DNA of 63,833 nucleotides, filler included, from Intoshia linei (Eukaryota > Animalia > Orthonectida), in the NCBI GenBank assembly GCA_001642005.1. It is 5 parts of 5 records of this genome, joined end to end, with 100 filler letters (N's around TTAATTAATTAA, not from the genome) between each part and the next. Parts side by side here need not be neighbours in the genome. Positions count along the whole stretch, not along the records: positions 1 to 29,877 come from LWCA01000373.1; positions 29,978 to 53,064 come from LWCA01000591.1; 3 more parts are not named here. One strand, given 5' to 3'. Made by a program: the position numbers and the translations under genes. Below the pieces are notes generated by a model. The model did no database searches. It saw only the letters and a program-made list of their open reading frames with translations, and was not told the origin of the DNA. Of the stretch, positions 27,347-40,739 are shown piece by piece. Each line of letters opens with the position of its first letter. Positions within the stretch are counted from its first letter, which is position 1.

Positions 27347-28052
27347 ATTTATAAAATAAACATACTGGGTGATATCGATTAATCAATTATAAACATTAAA
27401 ATCAGAAATTCAAATCAATAAATCAGGTATATTTTTAATAATATAAAAACAGTCAATTTCAAAATAAATGTACTTCGTACAAACAGCACCTAGCTCTGCC
27501 GAAGGCGGACATTTATAATTCTACCCTAAAATAAAATATATTTTAGAAATGCTATTATTCACTAATATCAATCCTATAAAGGGGTGGTTCCCAAAGTTGT
27601 TTCATCACGGACCGGTCATTTTACATTATCTTTTAATTCAAAGTGAATTATCCCCAGTTTATTTTATTTTGTAAACATTTGTGTAAACAAGATAAAAAAA
27701 ATTTTTGATCCCATTTTTTTAATTTATTAGAGAGAACCAGAGTATAATCTTAAAAATAATGTCAAAACAGTACAATTCTAAAAAATTGTCATAAAAATTT
27801 GATTTTTACCTTGAAGGGCTCAATTTCTGTAAATGAAATTTAGCTTGCGTCATTTTTCATCTCCCGAAAGAACTGTAATAGAAATGTGGAATTTTTAAAA
27901 TTCTAAGACTCTTAGTTATTGAAGTAAACGATAACAGACATACAGTTTTATATTTAAGTTAGGATTGACATGATCGGATCAATTTGAATGTAAAATTTCC
28001 ATTCCGTGCAATTCACCATTGCCAAGGAATTTTAATTACATTCATCGAAGAA

Positions 28053-29164
28053 ATGATCGCACATTTATGTTTTTTTGTTTTCGCAGTGACTCGCGTGGTT
28101 TGACGTAAATTTTCCATTTTATTTGTCATTTTAGCATTCAAGTCTCCTCGACAAAAAATATGGAGACATGGTGAGATGGAGTTTGAATCATGGCGTCATT
28201 TCATTTGATGACACCAACTTCAGTTTTTATGTTCGAGAAAAACCTATAAACTATAGTATTATTATTTTACTAAATGCTGTCGAACGGGACTGTGATATCT
28301 GCCGGTAAATTGGTGTTAATGTTATACATTTAAATTAAAGCCGGTTAAATGACGAGTTTATTCGCCTTCAAACATCAGCCAAGGGCTTCGGTGGTGAAAA
28401 CAAATCTCTATTCTTTGGTGTGCTCGATGTCGATAATAATGCCCAAAAATCTTTTATGGACGTATTTTTTGTATTTAGATATTTTTAATTTATAAAAAGG
28501 TGAATGTGGACACTGCGCCTGTGGTGATTCATATTAGTCCAGACACTGGAAGTAAAATATCCGATATTGATTATGTTGACTTTAATACGTATCAATATGA
28601 TGCTAGCGTATATATTAATTTAGGTTAGGAGGGTACAGTGCAGAGCATTTGGCAAAATGGATATATTCGAGGACAGGCATCAAAATTTCAATTAAAAAAT
28701 CACCACTTTTTATCATTACTATTTGCACTAGCGGGCTTCTTGGGCTCATTGTAGTATTCTATTTGATGCGTCTAATTGGATATTCGTTTTTGTTTGATAA
28801 AACCATTTGGGCTTATGGGTGCTGTGTAATTTTTTCCATCTTAAATGTACCTAAACTAAATTTTCATTTATCAAATTGCTAAGTAAAAAATTCTTTATTT
28901 ATTTATTCTGAAACCCACTTACTAGCCGGCCAGATTTTATGAATTTAAGTGTACGGTCGTCTATTTAAAAAGTTTATTAGATGTTTTCCCTGCTAATGAT
29001 ATCCGGAGTCATGTGGAACATTATTAGAAAACCTCCTCTTTTACATAATTCAGAAAATGGACTAGTAACTATAATACTATTTAATATTAATAATTTTTAG
29101 GTTTTTGTTCACAATTCTTCAAATTATCAATTTTTGGTTGAATCTATTGTTGTTGCCACATTGT
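28053..29164 (+). CDS. Oligosaccharyltransferase OST3/OST6 subunit (TUSC3/MAGT1 family), 3' part not seen
   Basis: Signal peptide, thioredoxin-like CDIC, LFFGVLDVD, AEHLAKWI, MISGVMWNIIRKPP, QFLVES; final exons not found before the gap at 29878. Confidence 0.85.
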
Positions 29165-29543
29165 GTTTATAAATTATTATTTATTTAAACTCGTGGGTGC
29201 CGAAATTTTATTTAATTATAATTACATGTATTTTTAGTTTTTCGTGAGTAAATTGATATTCGTCTGTGGTGACCCAATTAGGTCTACATTGTATTCGGGC
29301 CGACCTCGAGTAGATGTAGAATTATGCATTTTATATTTTGAGATTTGTTACAATTTAAACAGAATATTTATCAAATCTGAATGGCAGTTGAACGACGGGT
29401 CCCAATTTTTTTGTATACGTTTTTGTTAAAATTTATCACGTTTCCAAAAAAGCATTCTACATTTAACAAAGTATTTAACATTTTATATTTTTGGTAATTT
29501 TTAGTGTGCCAAATTATTATGCTATTCAAAATTTAGGATAATT

Positions 29544-29877
29544 ATGGGTAAATAAACATCACGTACTGTTAACGAAAAGTATCAAATCCTGAAAATGTTG
29601 GATAACGGAGTATCGATAAATGAAATAGCTTCAAATTTAGAACGCGATCATCGCATAATCAATCGATATATAGAAAACACTTCCAACAAGAGAAAAAGAA
29701 AGGCAAAGGGATCATTCAAAGGAGTATCTGTTAAAGATATATCCATATTAAACTAGAAATGGTTCGAAGCCTCTTATCACTTCTCTAGAGATATTTAAAT
29801 CATCAGGATTAACTGATATACCTAAAACTAAGAGATGCAGAATATTAAAAACAGTTGGTAAAGTCAGGCATGCTAAA
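29544..29877 (+). mobile_element. Tc1/Tc3-like transposase N-terminal (HTH) relic, frameshifted
   Basis: EKYQILKMLDNGVSINEIASNLERDHRIINRYI...EIFKSSGL..IPKTKRCRILK; truncated by the gap. Confidence 0.6.
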
Positions 29878-29977
29878 NNNNNNNNNNNNNNNNNNNNNNN
29901 NNNNNNNNNNNNNNNNNNNNNTTAATTAATTAANNNNNNNNNNNNNNNNNNNNNNNNNNNNNNNNNNNNNNNNNNNN
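29878..29977. other. Scaffold gap with artificial TTAATTAATTAA linker (also 53065-53164, 56736-56835, 62403-62502)
   Basis: Identical N44-TTAATTAATTAA-N44 structure four times. Confidence 0.97.
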
Positions 29978-30145
29978 TGAGAAAATATATTGCTAAAAAG
30001 GGGGCGGTAGGCAAAATGAGTTTGGGAACCCTGCTCTAGATCTTGTATTTTGTTAGAATCCTATTAATCAATAATTTTAATTTTAAGGAACTAATAATAT
30101 TATTAATAATATAGATGAGTTGTAAGATAACATTTCAGAAGTTGG

Positions 30146-30700
30146 TTAATATTTGTCGCATAAAGTCTCATATAACTCTAGTGTTATGTTTATCCTAATA
30201 AGAGAAGACAATATATCGATGTTCATTCTGTTTCTGCACTTGAATTTTATATGTGCTAATGTAGAAAATATTCTTTCTACACAGGCGTTGCTGATGGGCA
30301 GAGAATAATCCTTTAAAGCAAATTTCGCCAGGTTTTTGAAAATTTGAATGCCACAAGAATTTCTATACTCATAAATACCTGCCAAAAATCTACATCCATC
30401 AATTAAAGCTATTTCGTTATTGAAATAGATTCTAAGATCTGTAACTTTGATGATCCTCCATTTTTCCTGGATTAAATCAATCATAGAAATGTCATCAAAA
30501 AAACAAAGAGGCAACGAGATAAAATCTGAATTTACATTTAATATATTTGTAGGTGAAAATTTTTTAATCCTATTCAAAGCATCCACATGTTGTGAAATTC
30601 TTTTTCAAGTTTCTTTGATACATTTTATCAAAAATTGTTTCATTACGATAAGAATAGTCTGAAATGGGGTGTCGAAAAGTTGACAAGGATTGTCTTGTAG
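30146..30700 (-). mobile_element. hAT transposase C-terminal dimerisation-domain relic
   Basis: FKNLAKFAL...SLPISNACVERIFSTLAHIKFKCRNRM. Confidence 0.8.
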
Positions 30701-31054
30701 AATAACCTATATCGATTAAGGGCAAATCCAATATATTGAAGGGTCAAAATTAATGGTATCCAAATTTGAATGTTGTATAACTAATTTTTAATGATTCGTA
30801 AAAAGAATTTGTAAAAATTTGTTCAAAATAAACTAAAATTGATAGTACTACTATAATATGGTAACACTAATTAAACTTCATAATTTTTTTTGGAAAAAAC
30901 TATATAAAAATGTTTTGCCAAACGAAAAATTCCCGACAAGTATTGTTTCAACGTTCCAATTATAAATAATAGGACTACATAGATCCTTTAATTAAAAAAA
31001 CCGAGTCGATTTAATAAAATAAAGTTAATTTAAAATGAAATATTAATATTTCAA

Positions 31055-34000
31055 ATGCGACAAAGATTTATCACAAAACAGTGTCAAAACGATGAAAATG
31101 GATATGTGTTTAAAGATACAACAAAAGATACCCGTAAGATGTTAAATTTACAATGCGTTAATTTTTACGAAATAGGAATTAATTCTCCAAAAAATGAATC
31201 AAGATTTAAATATCTTAAGGATATATTTATAGATTCTTTTGATTTTAATAATAAACCAGATTTAAATAACTCTGAACAACACAAAGAATTTGAATCTAAA
31301 TATTTCAGAATATATTCCTTTCTTTCAACCCCCTTATACTTGGAAAAGGTAAATTTAACAGTTAAGGTTGTCCAATATTTTATGTCACATACGCTGCATC
31401 TTATTCGATTAAATTCAAAAAAGCTGATTTAAATTAAAAAATAATATTTACTACTTATACACTGTATAATATAATATACAGCAATAAATTAATTTTATAA
31501 ATCGGGTTGATCACTCTTTAATACTCACACATACACAATTTGAATAGTTCTTTTGTACACGATTACATCATTGATAACACTCTATATTTCTTCAATGAGA
31601 TTAATAGGTGCGCTATAAGACGCATATCAACACCTATAAATTCATTTTCATTTGAAATTTCTTCCAGTTTACATTTTTTATAGTGAACAATTTTGCATCC
31701 AGGCAGCGATGTATTGTCACATTATATACACACATTTAATTTTCTCTTTATTTGTTTATTGAAGGTTTTCGCTTACTCAATCTAAATTACAGAAAGTTTC
31801 ATAACATTTAAAAAAAAAACAAAACGTTTACCAATCATCGAATTTATGTGTTCTTCTCGGATTTTTATCAATCTTTGTCCGCCTCTTTGCAATGATGGTT
31901 TATCTCCTTTTCCAATCCAGGCATAAACTGTACTCATTGCCACGTCATTCGCTGCCACTACAACTTTCCAATCTCCGTTTTGATACCCATTCAATAGTTG
32001 ACGCTTAGCTTCATCTTCATGTTGCACATACCTTCCTCTTTTATCTCCACGTTTTATACCTCTTGTCTCATTAAGGGATTTAGTTGAACTGTCAATGTCA
32101 TACATTTTTTTTACGCAATAATATAAAATGATATTCGAATGCAATACAGTATGAAGTATAGTACGAGTCGAATAGTTAAGTTTATTGTCGTAGATGTTAT
32201 TACATCATTTGTAATACACTTTTACACTTGTACAATTATTGTATACCAATCGAATATATCGTTTTTTTAATTAAAATGTCAACTTTTATAAATTGAATCG
32301 AAAACGGTGTATGTACTGTAGAATAGAGATTTTTTGAATAGATTTAAGATAGGTTTTTCATTTAATTGATTACTCTGAAATTTCCCTTCTAATGTTTAGT
32401 TAAAAAAATCTTCAAAAACCCTCTTCTTTAAGGTTTCATTAAAAAAATAACCTGAAAATTTTCCTTATAGGGCTTGGTTAAATAAAATTAAAAATCCTTC
32501 CCTTTAAGGTTTGGTAAAAAGTATTTTCATACCATTATTTTTATATTATGAAAATTGAGACTTATTTACCTAAAATCGTAGAATAAGTGATTAAAGTACC
32601 TAATCGTTATAAAAGTATTTATCCCGTTAAGTTTTACACGCATCATAGGCAGGGCTGTGGAGAAACAGCAGTAATCCCGGTTACTTGGAAATTGTAGGCC
32701 CCTATACATTTTTTAAAAATAATTAATTGGACTGTTAATAGAACCTTTTATTATACGATAATTTGGGTATACTTAAGAAAGTTTCCAACATTACCTATTA
32801 ATAAATTACAAAAGTAGGCTCCTCATGATTGTAGTGATCATATGGCCCTCCACGGCCCTGGGCATAGGTTATCATTTCTAATATATAGATATAAACGGTT
32901 TCTAAAATTTCACATGTACGAACCCCGTTATTTTTGACATAACAAATATACAACAAGCTCGACTGTGTTGTACTGGTACAAACTATCTATCTGCCGAGGG
33001 CCGAGTTAGAAATTGTGTTTATTAAATTGTAGAACTTAATTTTTTAATTAAAAGATAACCGACACTTTTTTACTGATTTAAATTTAGTTTATCTCATATG
33101 GATTTTTACACTGCTACATTATTTTTTTGTATACCATATTTGTATTGCCAATTCATTTTTTTAAAATACTGTTTAAATTGATATACGACAAAATTAATGG
33201 AAGAACGTAAGTAATTATTTTATTTTAAAATTGTTCAAATTATTAAAATTATTGAATAGTTTTTTTTATTAATATTTGTGAATATTTTAAAAACCCATAA
33301 AATATATAGTAATTTTTAAGGTCATATTGGTTCAATGATAATTTGCGAATATTATTTGTTAAAGGATCCTTGATATTTCTGGGAATATTTCTCATAAAAT
33401 ATATAGACATTTCAATGGTCTATCATGTGATTCGAGTCCAATCTATTATGAAAATATATATTATTTACAATATGCTCGAAGTATTTTTAATTTAAAATAA
33501 ATTTAATTAATGAGGTAATTTTATTTTGATGAATATTTAGGTTTTTGACAGATTAATTTCTTCGTATGGTCAAGATTTGTATGATTCTTTATTCTGGGTA
33601 ATGTCAAAGAAATCATCCTATAAACCAAAACTGTTTACCACTTCTACCGCTTATATTCTTACATTTGTTTATGTTTGTTTATTTTGTTATTTTCAAGTTT
33701 TAGTTACGTTTTAGATATCCATATTATAATCATTCTTTTTCAAGCCACAGCTTTACACGTTGCTTTTAATTCAAATAACAAAAGCTTGATAACAGTTATA
33801 TTGTCTAATAATGTAATTAATTTGTTTTTTATTTAAAATATTTATTTAGTTTGTTGAATTAAAGGGAAGTGTTTTTAAGAAATTTGAAAAAAATAACCTT
33901 TTTCAAGTCTCTTGTAGTGATGTTAGAGAAAGATTTCATATTCTTGTTTTAATTATTGTTGTTTGTTATCGAAATGTATCTGAACAAAATTTTACCATGG

Positions 34001-37000
34001 GTAATTTTATTGCAGTTGTTATTAGATATTGGAAATAATTGATTACAATCAGTTACTTTGTATACACCAATTAATTGTTTGTTAAATATTCATTTTTCAA
34101 TTAATTGGTTTTTTTCATATAACTGAAAAATATAAATTGAATCCTTTTATTGACAAAATCGTTGGATGAAAAAATTAATTAAATTTTTTTTATGTGGTTT
34201 AAAAATTAAATTTAATTATTATACACTATAATTTATAATAATACAATATTAAGGTGTCAAGTTGATACTGTCAACACTCGTTGTAGTGTATCACAGTCCC
34301 AACATTCTTTAATTATTTCCAGAAACAAATTTATTTTTAAATTGGAAGGAAGAAATAAAATAAATAATATGAAAATATTTTCTAAATACACTAATAATAA
34401 TAAATGTATTATTGTGCAAATAAAATATAATGCAACTAAATTAATTTGATATCGTATAATAAAATATTAACAACTTTACATTTTTCTATGAAATTTTAGA
34501 AAAATAGAAACGCGTTAGTCACCAGAAAAATGATTTATTTAACCTACTAGCTTAAATGTTTTGTACTTCGGACAAACAGCATCCTAGTATATTCATTATA
34601 ACCACATGACAGTTTTTAAAAATGATTATGATGATATTGTTATCAATCTTTAATTAATTGATTTTTTTGGAATAATTTTTACCAATTAATTGCAATTAAA
34701 TAAGTTGCAATGAATTAATTCCAATCCCTCGTTATTATTAATACTATTTTTTAAGGTTTATTCATTTTTACGCTATTAGAGCAGGGTTTTCCAAACTTTT
34801 AGCTCACATTCACATTTTTTGTTTTAATAAAATATTTCAGAAAAAAAATATATCAATACTAAAATGCTTTTTTGACCCTTAAGTCGCCACTTATTCGGAT
34901 TGAAATTTTTTGTGTGTGTAACAGGATACAACTGTACCACCTGTAAATTTTTTAAATTCTAGGGCTGTTTTCATTAAAAAAGAAGGGTAATTTGGGGTTT
35001 TGGCTCCTGAAGATATTTTTTTTAAATTCTCTAATTCGTTTGATTTTCAAAAAAAGGACAATTGGGGTTTTTGACCTGTAAGATGTGAGTTTGGGAGGTT
35101 GAAATTTATATTATTATGACTTTATAAAATTCTAAAACTGGTAGTTATTGAAATAAAGTAGAACACACACAAACAAATATTGCGTAGCATATTAAATAAG
35201 TAAGGATGATATGTATACTGATATATATGAGATCCATGAGATGTAATTATTACCCTTATAGTTTTGAATCAAAACTTTTGATATAAAACTTGAGTACACA
35301 AAACTAAACTTTAAAAATGTGGAAAATTAATAATATATTGTATTTATTTTAGATAATACAATGGAATTAATTTTCAATATTTTTTTATTGTATGGATCAG
35401 AGTTTCTAGTCGATTGGATGAAACATGGATTTATTACAAAATTTAACGATATTTCTCCAGAGGTAAAATTTGGTTAATCCTGCACATTGCAGTTATACAA
35501 TGTTTATTTTTATTTATTTTTAGGTTTATAATGATTATTTACTTTCTCTTTGTCGACACATGAAGGAAAACTGGCAAAATACGGTTATTATTGTTTTATT
35601 GAGGAAATAATTATATTAGATTAAATTATAATTAAAATTAAATCACTTTTTATGTCATCGATTAACTTTTTTGTAGTGATAATTAAAAAACACTTACTCT
35701 TAAAAAAATAATAAATGGGTATAAGGAATCAGGTAACGATTTTCATAAAGTGCTTGAAACTACGCCAATTGAGTCTACTATCGATTTGTAGATCGATCGA
35801 TTGATGCATGTTATTTACAACTACATATTACTTGTTTTTATTTATTTGTATCATTTTTAGAGTAAATATGTCTATATGGACCAAATTTCTCGAAAATTTG
35901 GCTTCTCACCAATACCTTTATCTATATTGCTACTTCGTACAATCATGAATTCATTTGTTGTTAATTTAAAATATGTTTCTGTTACAATTATAATAGCTTT
36001 AATGTAAGTTTTAACATTTTTAATTTACTTAAAATCTACATTTCATGAAATGCCGAACCAGCTATGCGTGAGGTCCCGAAAATGATATTGAGGCCCCTGC
36101 AAAAAAAAATTTTCAAAAACAATACGTAACGTTGAATCAGAAAATATAATAAAAACAAGTATCATATATTAACCCAGTCTTTCTTAAACTGGGGTCCGCG
36201 AAATATTTTTTGAAAAATATAATAATTTTTTTTAAATTAATTTTTAATAACATTTAAATGCAGAAATATACATATTTAAAAAGTAGTAAGCATTAAAATT
36301 TGATTAAATCTCGTTCATTAAATTTAATTCCCGTATTTTTCATGTTATACAAAAAAATGAGAAAGTCTCATAATCAACTGCTATTATATTCTAATATACG
36401 TTGGTTGTCATTCGGTAAAGTACTTTGAAGATTTTTTAATTGTTCAAATTAAAATGTTTTTAAATCAAAAAATTCAATAAGAAATATTATCTTATCTAAT
36501 AATTATTATGGGGATATGAAATTTTTTTTCAGTTTAGGGACCAACTGTAAATTAAGTTGGGAACCGCTGTGCTAAACATTCGTTTTTGCGTTTAATATAA
36601 AATAAAATCAAAATATTACAAATATTAAACATCTTTAAAGTAAATTTTGTTATATTTCATTAACATACAGCTCCGATGAATCTGATCTTGATAATTTAAT
36701 ATATGAAAGTTAAAATCAAGAAGAAAATGGAAATATTACAAACTTTCAAAAAAATAAAATTTTGAACCTTGTCAAATAAATATATCTATTTTTTTATCCA
36801 CTGAAATGATGACATTTTTAAACTTGTAAACCAGTTAACAGGTTAAATGCTAGCCTTGAGTCTTCATTTACAAATGTATATTTTTGTTCAAGTCAATATT
36901 TCATGAATAAACGTTACCTATAAGTATTCCGTTTGTTTCGTGTGGATTGAGTCGATTCAAAAATTTGGTCGACTTATAAATTTGTTACCGAAAAGCTCAA

Positions 37001-37772
37001 TAAAATCATTATACAATGTATCATGTTTTCCGAGGGGTTACTATTAAAAATAGTGTGAAATTTTAAATTTTATTTATTTAAACTTGACTTACAAATTGCT
37101 CCTCTTGATTTGATTAAATTTTGCCTATGAATTCAGTAGTTTGCATAACATGATTGATTAAATTGAGAATATTTGAATTAGTGTTGAAACTCCAAGCTCC
37201 ATAATCATACTTTGTTACTATGTATATTATGTGTTGTTTTTTCACTTTTTTAGCTCGCTGTGGTATAGTCATATCAGACATTTTAATTCTTTTTATTTAG
37301 ATTAATTGCCAGTTATGTTTTAATCGGTTTAATTACGTATAAAATTAGTTTAAAAATAGTGATTTACAATAATTTATCAAATTTGGAAACGTTTACTAGC
37401 CGAAAATCTGTTAAAACTACATCAAAGCCAATATATTACAGCCAATTAGATGTGCATTATAAAAGCGTTTCTGGAAAATCAATTTCATTCCGTGATACTT
37501 CAAACATTGACGATTCGTCACAGTTATCATTACAACAAAATGAGTATAATATTAAACGAAAGAGTTCCTTTATATATGACAAACAAAAACAAAAAACCAA
37601 GTTGTATAGATCTAAAAGCATTGATTTTATTCATTTATATATTGATAATGAGACTATCCAAAATAAAGAATCCAATCAAGCTGCATCTCCAGCTGTAACC
37701 AATAAATTAAAACCAAAAATTAAAATTGATGAAATAGACCGATATACAATGGTTGCAAATAGAATTGTTTAA
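31055..37772 (+). CDS. TAPT1: TAPT1/Emp65 (DUF747) membrane protein; multi-exon
   Basis: PLYLEK|FISYGFLHC; LSNN|FVELKGSVFKKFEKNNLFQVSCSDVRERFH; EFLVDWMKHGFITKFN; C-terminus DEIDRYTMVANRIV*. Confidence 0.92.
31580..32144 (-). mobile_element. IS630/Tc1-superfamily transposase relic in TAPT1 intron 1
   Basis: HTH-like DWKVVVAANDVAMSTVYAWI..RGGQRLIKIREEH, then frameshifted VTIHRCLDAKLFTIK. Confidence 0.55.
32650..32860. mobile_element. hAT-type MITE
   Basis: TIRs CAGGGCTGTGGAG / CTCCACGGCCCTG; imperfect 8-bp TSD ATCATAGG/GGCATAGG; related sequence near 13467-13517. Confidence 0.65.
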
Positions 37773-38005
37773 TAAGTTATTAAATGTAATGTATTTCATT
37801 TTTAATTCATTTTATTTAAATTCCTTACCCATTTGTATAATTTCAATCTCTAAAGTAGAAATTGAAAACTAATAATCATCTACCCACAATTATGAAAATT
37901 TTCGTTGCAATTGACAGTTTACAAAAATATGGAAAATACAGACTTGTTATTTCATTTGGAAAACTGAAAGTTTTCATTACTTTTTATATAATCATTTGTT
38001 TTAAT

Positions 38006-40739
38006 ATGAATTGTTTAAATTTATTTATCATTATATTTTTGTGTGTATTTGTCAATTCGTTGAATGGTTATTTATCTGATGTATTCGTGTTTGACAAACC
38101 AGAATTTCAAATTATCTTTAAAAATAATCGAGAGTTGTATAGATATCTAAATTCTATCAGGATGTATTATGTGTTATTGTCACGTCCAAGATTTATTTTG
38201 TATATAGGGTTATAATTATACTTGTAGAACAGTGTTTCCCAATCTTTTTAATGCTAGGCCCCACTGAAAAAAAATTCGAGCGAATTATAATAAAATAAAG
38301 ATAAAAACAATATTAATGTATTTATACTTTAGAATTAACGAGACGATTGAGCCTGACCATTCTGACAGAGTTTATTAATATTAGGTACTAATTTTGTAAG
38401 CATTAATCGTAGATCTCCCCTTTTTGAATTTTTAGTTTATTTATTTTTTTGTCAGTAAGTCTAAACCCGCATTCTGCTAAATATGAGGATGGAAATGGCA
38501 ACAAAGCAATCCTAGCAAAAGTAGTAAGTGGGATAATTTTGTAAATTTGAATTCAATAGCCTACGATCATTAAAGATATATTTGTTTTTTGTCATTCTAA
38601 TAATTTAATATAATACAATCAATTGTTTCAAGTATCACATAACCACTTATAAACCTTGAATATTGAATATTGTATAAAATTCACAATAAATTAATCTAAA
38701 GTTTTGATAATCCTATAAATTTGTAATATTTCCCAGGCCCCATGGTTGGGAAACACTGTTGTAGAAATTAGTTTGATAAAAAATTTAAATGTTTAAAATA
38801 AAAGAATCGTTAAATTTTTTAAATTAATGATTCACTTAATCGTAAATTCGAAACACGGTGAGATTTTGGACTAATATTTCATAATTATAATTAAATANTT
38901 TTTTTCAATTTTTATTTTTAGACAATTAGTCCTTTAATGTCAAAAACCTCAATTATCCTTTTTTTAACATCAAACGATTCCCAGAATTTAAAAAAATGTA
39001 TACTCTAATACAGTGTTTCCCAACCTTTTTTATGCTAGGCCCCACTTTTATTCTTAAAAAAATTCCAGGCCCCACTGAAAAAAAATTCGAACGAATTATA
39101 ATAAAATATTGATCAAAACAATAATAATGTATTTATTTTTTAGAATTAATGAGACGATTGAGCCTGACGATTCTGACAGAGTGTATTAATATTAGGTATT
39201 AATGTTGTAAGCTTTAATCGTAGATCTCCTTTTTTTGAAATTTTTAGTCTATTTTTTGTCAGTAAGTCTAAAACTGCACTAAACCCGCATTCTGCTTTTT
39301 AAATAAGAGGATAAAAATGGCAACAAAGCAATCCTAGCAAAAGTAATTAAATCAATTAGTCAAGTCGGATAATTTTGCAAATTTGGAATTTTGCATATAC
39401 TTATCAATTTAGTTAAATTTGAATTCAATAGCCTACGATCATTAAAGATATATTTGTTTTTTGTCATTCTAATAATTTAATATAATACAATCAATTGTTT
39501 CAAGTATCACATAACCACTTATAAACCTTGAATATTGAATATTGTATAAAATTCACAATAAATTAATCTAAAGTTTTGATAATCCTATAAATTTGTAATA
39601 TTTCCCAGGCCCCATGGTTGGGAAACACTGTTGTAGAAATTAGTTTGATAAAAAATTTAAATGTTTAAAATAAAAGAATCGTTAAATTTTTTAAATTAAT
39701 GATTCACTTAATCGTAAATTCGAAACACGGTGAGATTTTGGACTAATATTTCATAATTATAATTAAATAACACATTTAATGTTAGAATAAGCTCAAAATT
39801 GATTTAGATTTTTCAAGTCTTACATTCCATATTCATGAGACTAATTTCTTTTGAAATTCATTTTATCATAAATAAAGATAATTATTATTATATCAACATT
39901 TTTTTTCACTACTAATTGATAAATATTTTATCTTAAATCACTGCCGTTTCATAAATTGTAAGTCCTGTTGTCGGAATCCCCGTAAACTGAGTATACTTTG
40001 TATGTAATTGATATTTTAATGTAAAATGGTATTGTTTTTTGATTGAAGATATCAATTTCACAAATCGTCACAAATTATATTTATTTTCATGAAATACTCT
40101 AAAAGCGTGAATTTATGTAATTTTTGAACCATTACTGCCACAGTCCGACCTACCTAGTTCGAGTCACCGAAAATGAAAAATAGGCCTCTAAAATTTTTTT
40201 TCACACAAAATCGCTATGATATTCAAGAATATAATTTTTTTAATGCTCAATTTAGAGAAAATAGGCCCCCAAAGAAAGTCTCTGTGTACGGTAGATTCGC
40301 CACTGGTTACTCTTGTATTTAGATTAAAAAATATACAAAAATATTTTTTATAGTACTCATGGTCTATATATACCAATTTGGCAACTCTTCAGTTATTATA
40401 TACCAAGGGTCAGCAACCAGTGGTCCATAGAATAATTTTTGTGGTCCTTTGAGTAAATAGGTAAATTATTTATTTTTACATTTGTTAACTTTTATACATT
40501 TTTTATTAAATTGGCTCATTATAATCATTTTAATACTGAATTTTCAAATCGCCCTGAATTTTATTTTTTTGAATATACTAGAACCGTTTCTCTATAGTTA
40601 AAATTGAAATGTATCATGTGTAAATTTTCAAAAAACGGGGCCTATGGAATTTTTTGATATAAAAAAGTGGCCCATGATATGCAAAAGGTTACCACCCCTA
40701 TTATAATTTTAAATAATATTTGTATTTAGGTTTGGATAA
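38006..40739 (+). CDS. Neuropeptide F/Y (NPF) precursor; exon 1 38006-38190, putative exon 2 40730-40739
   Basis: Signal peptide MNCLNLFIIIFLCVFVNSLNG, then ...FKNNRELYRYLNSIRMYYVLLSRPRF with Tyr at -10 and -17 from the terminal Phe; downstream tttag|G TTT GGA TAA supplies R-F-G-stop. Confidence 0.8.
38230..38758. mobile_element. hAT-type MITE
   Basis: TIRs CAGTGTTTCCCAA / TTGGGAAACACTG; perfect 8-bp TSD TTGTAGAA. Confidence 0.85.
39011..39630. mobile_element. Second copy of the same hAT MITE family (flanks discordant)
   Basis: Same TIRs; right flank identical to that of the copy at 38230, left flank different. Confidence 0.7.

Noticed and set aside
29878-29977. TTAATTAATTAA motif embedded in N runs, four times
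   Set aside because: Artificial scaffolding linker with stops in all frames; not biological.
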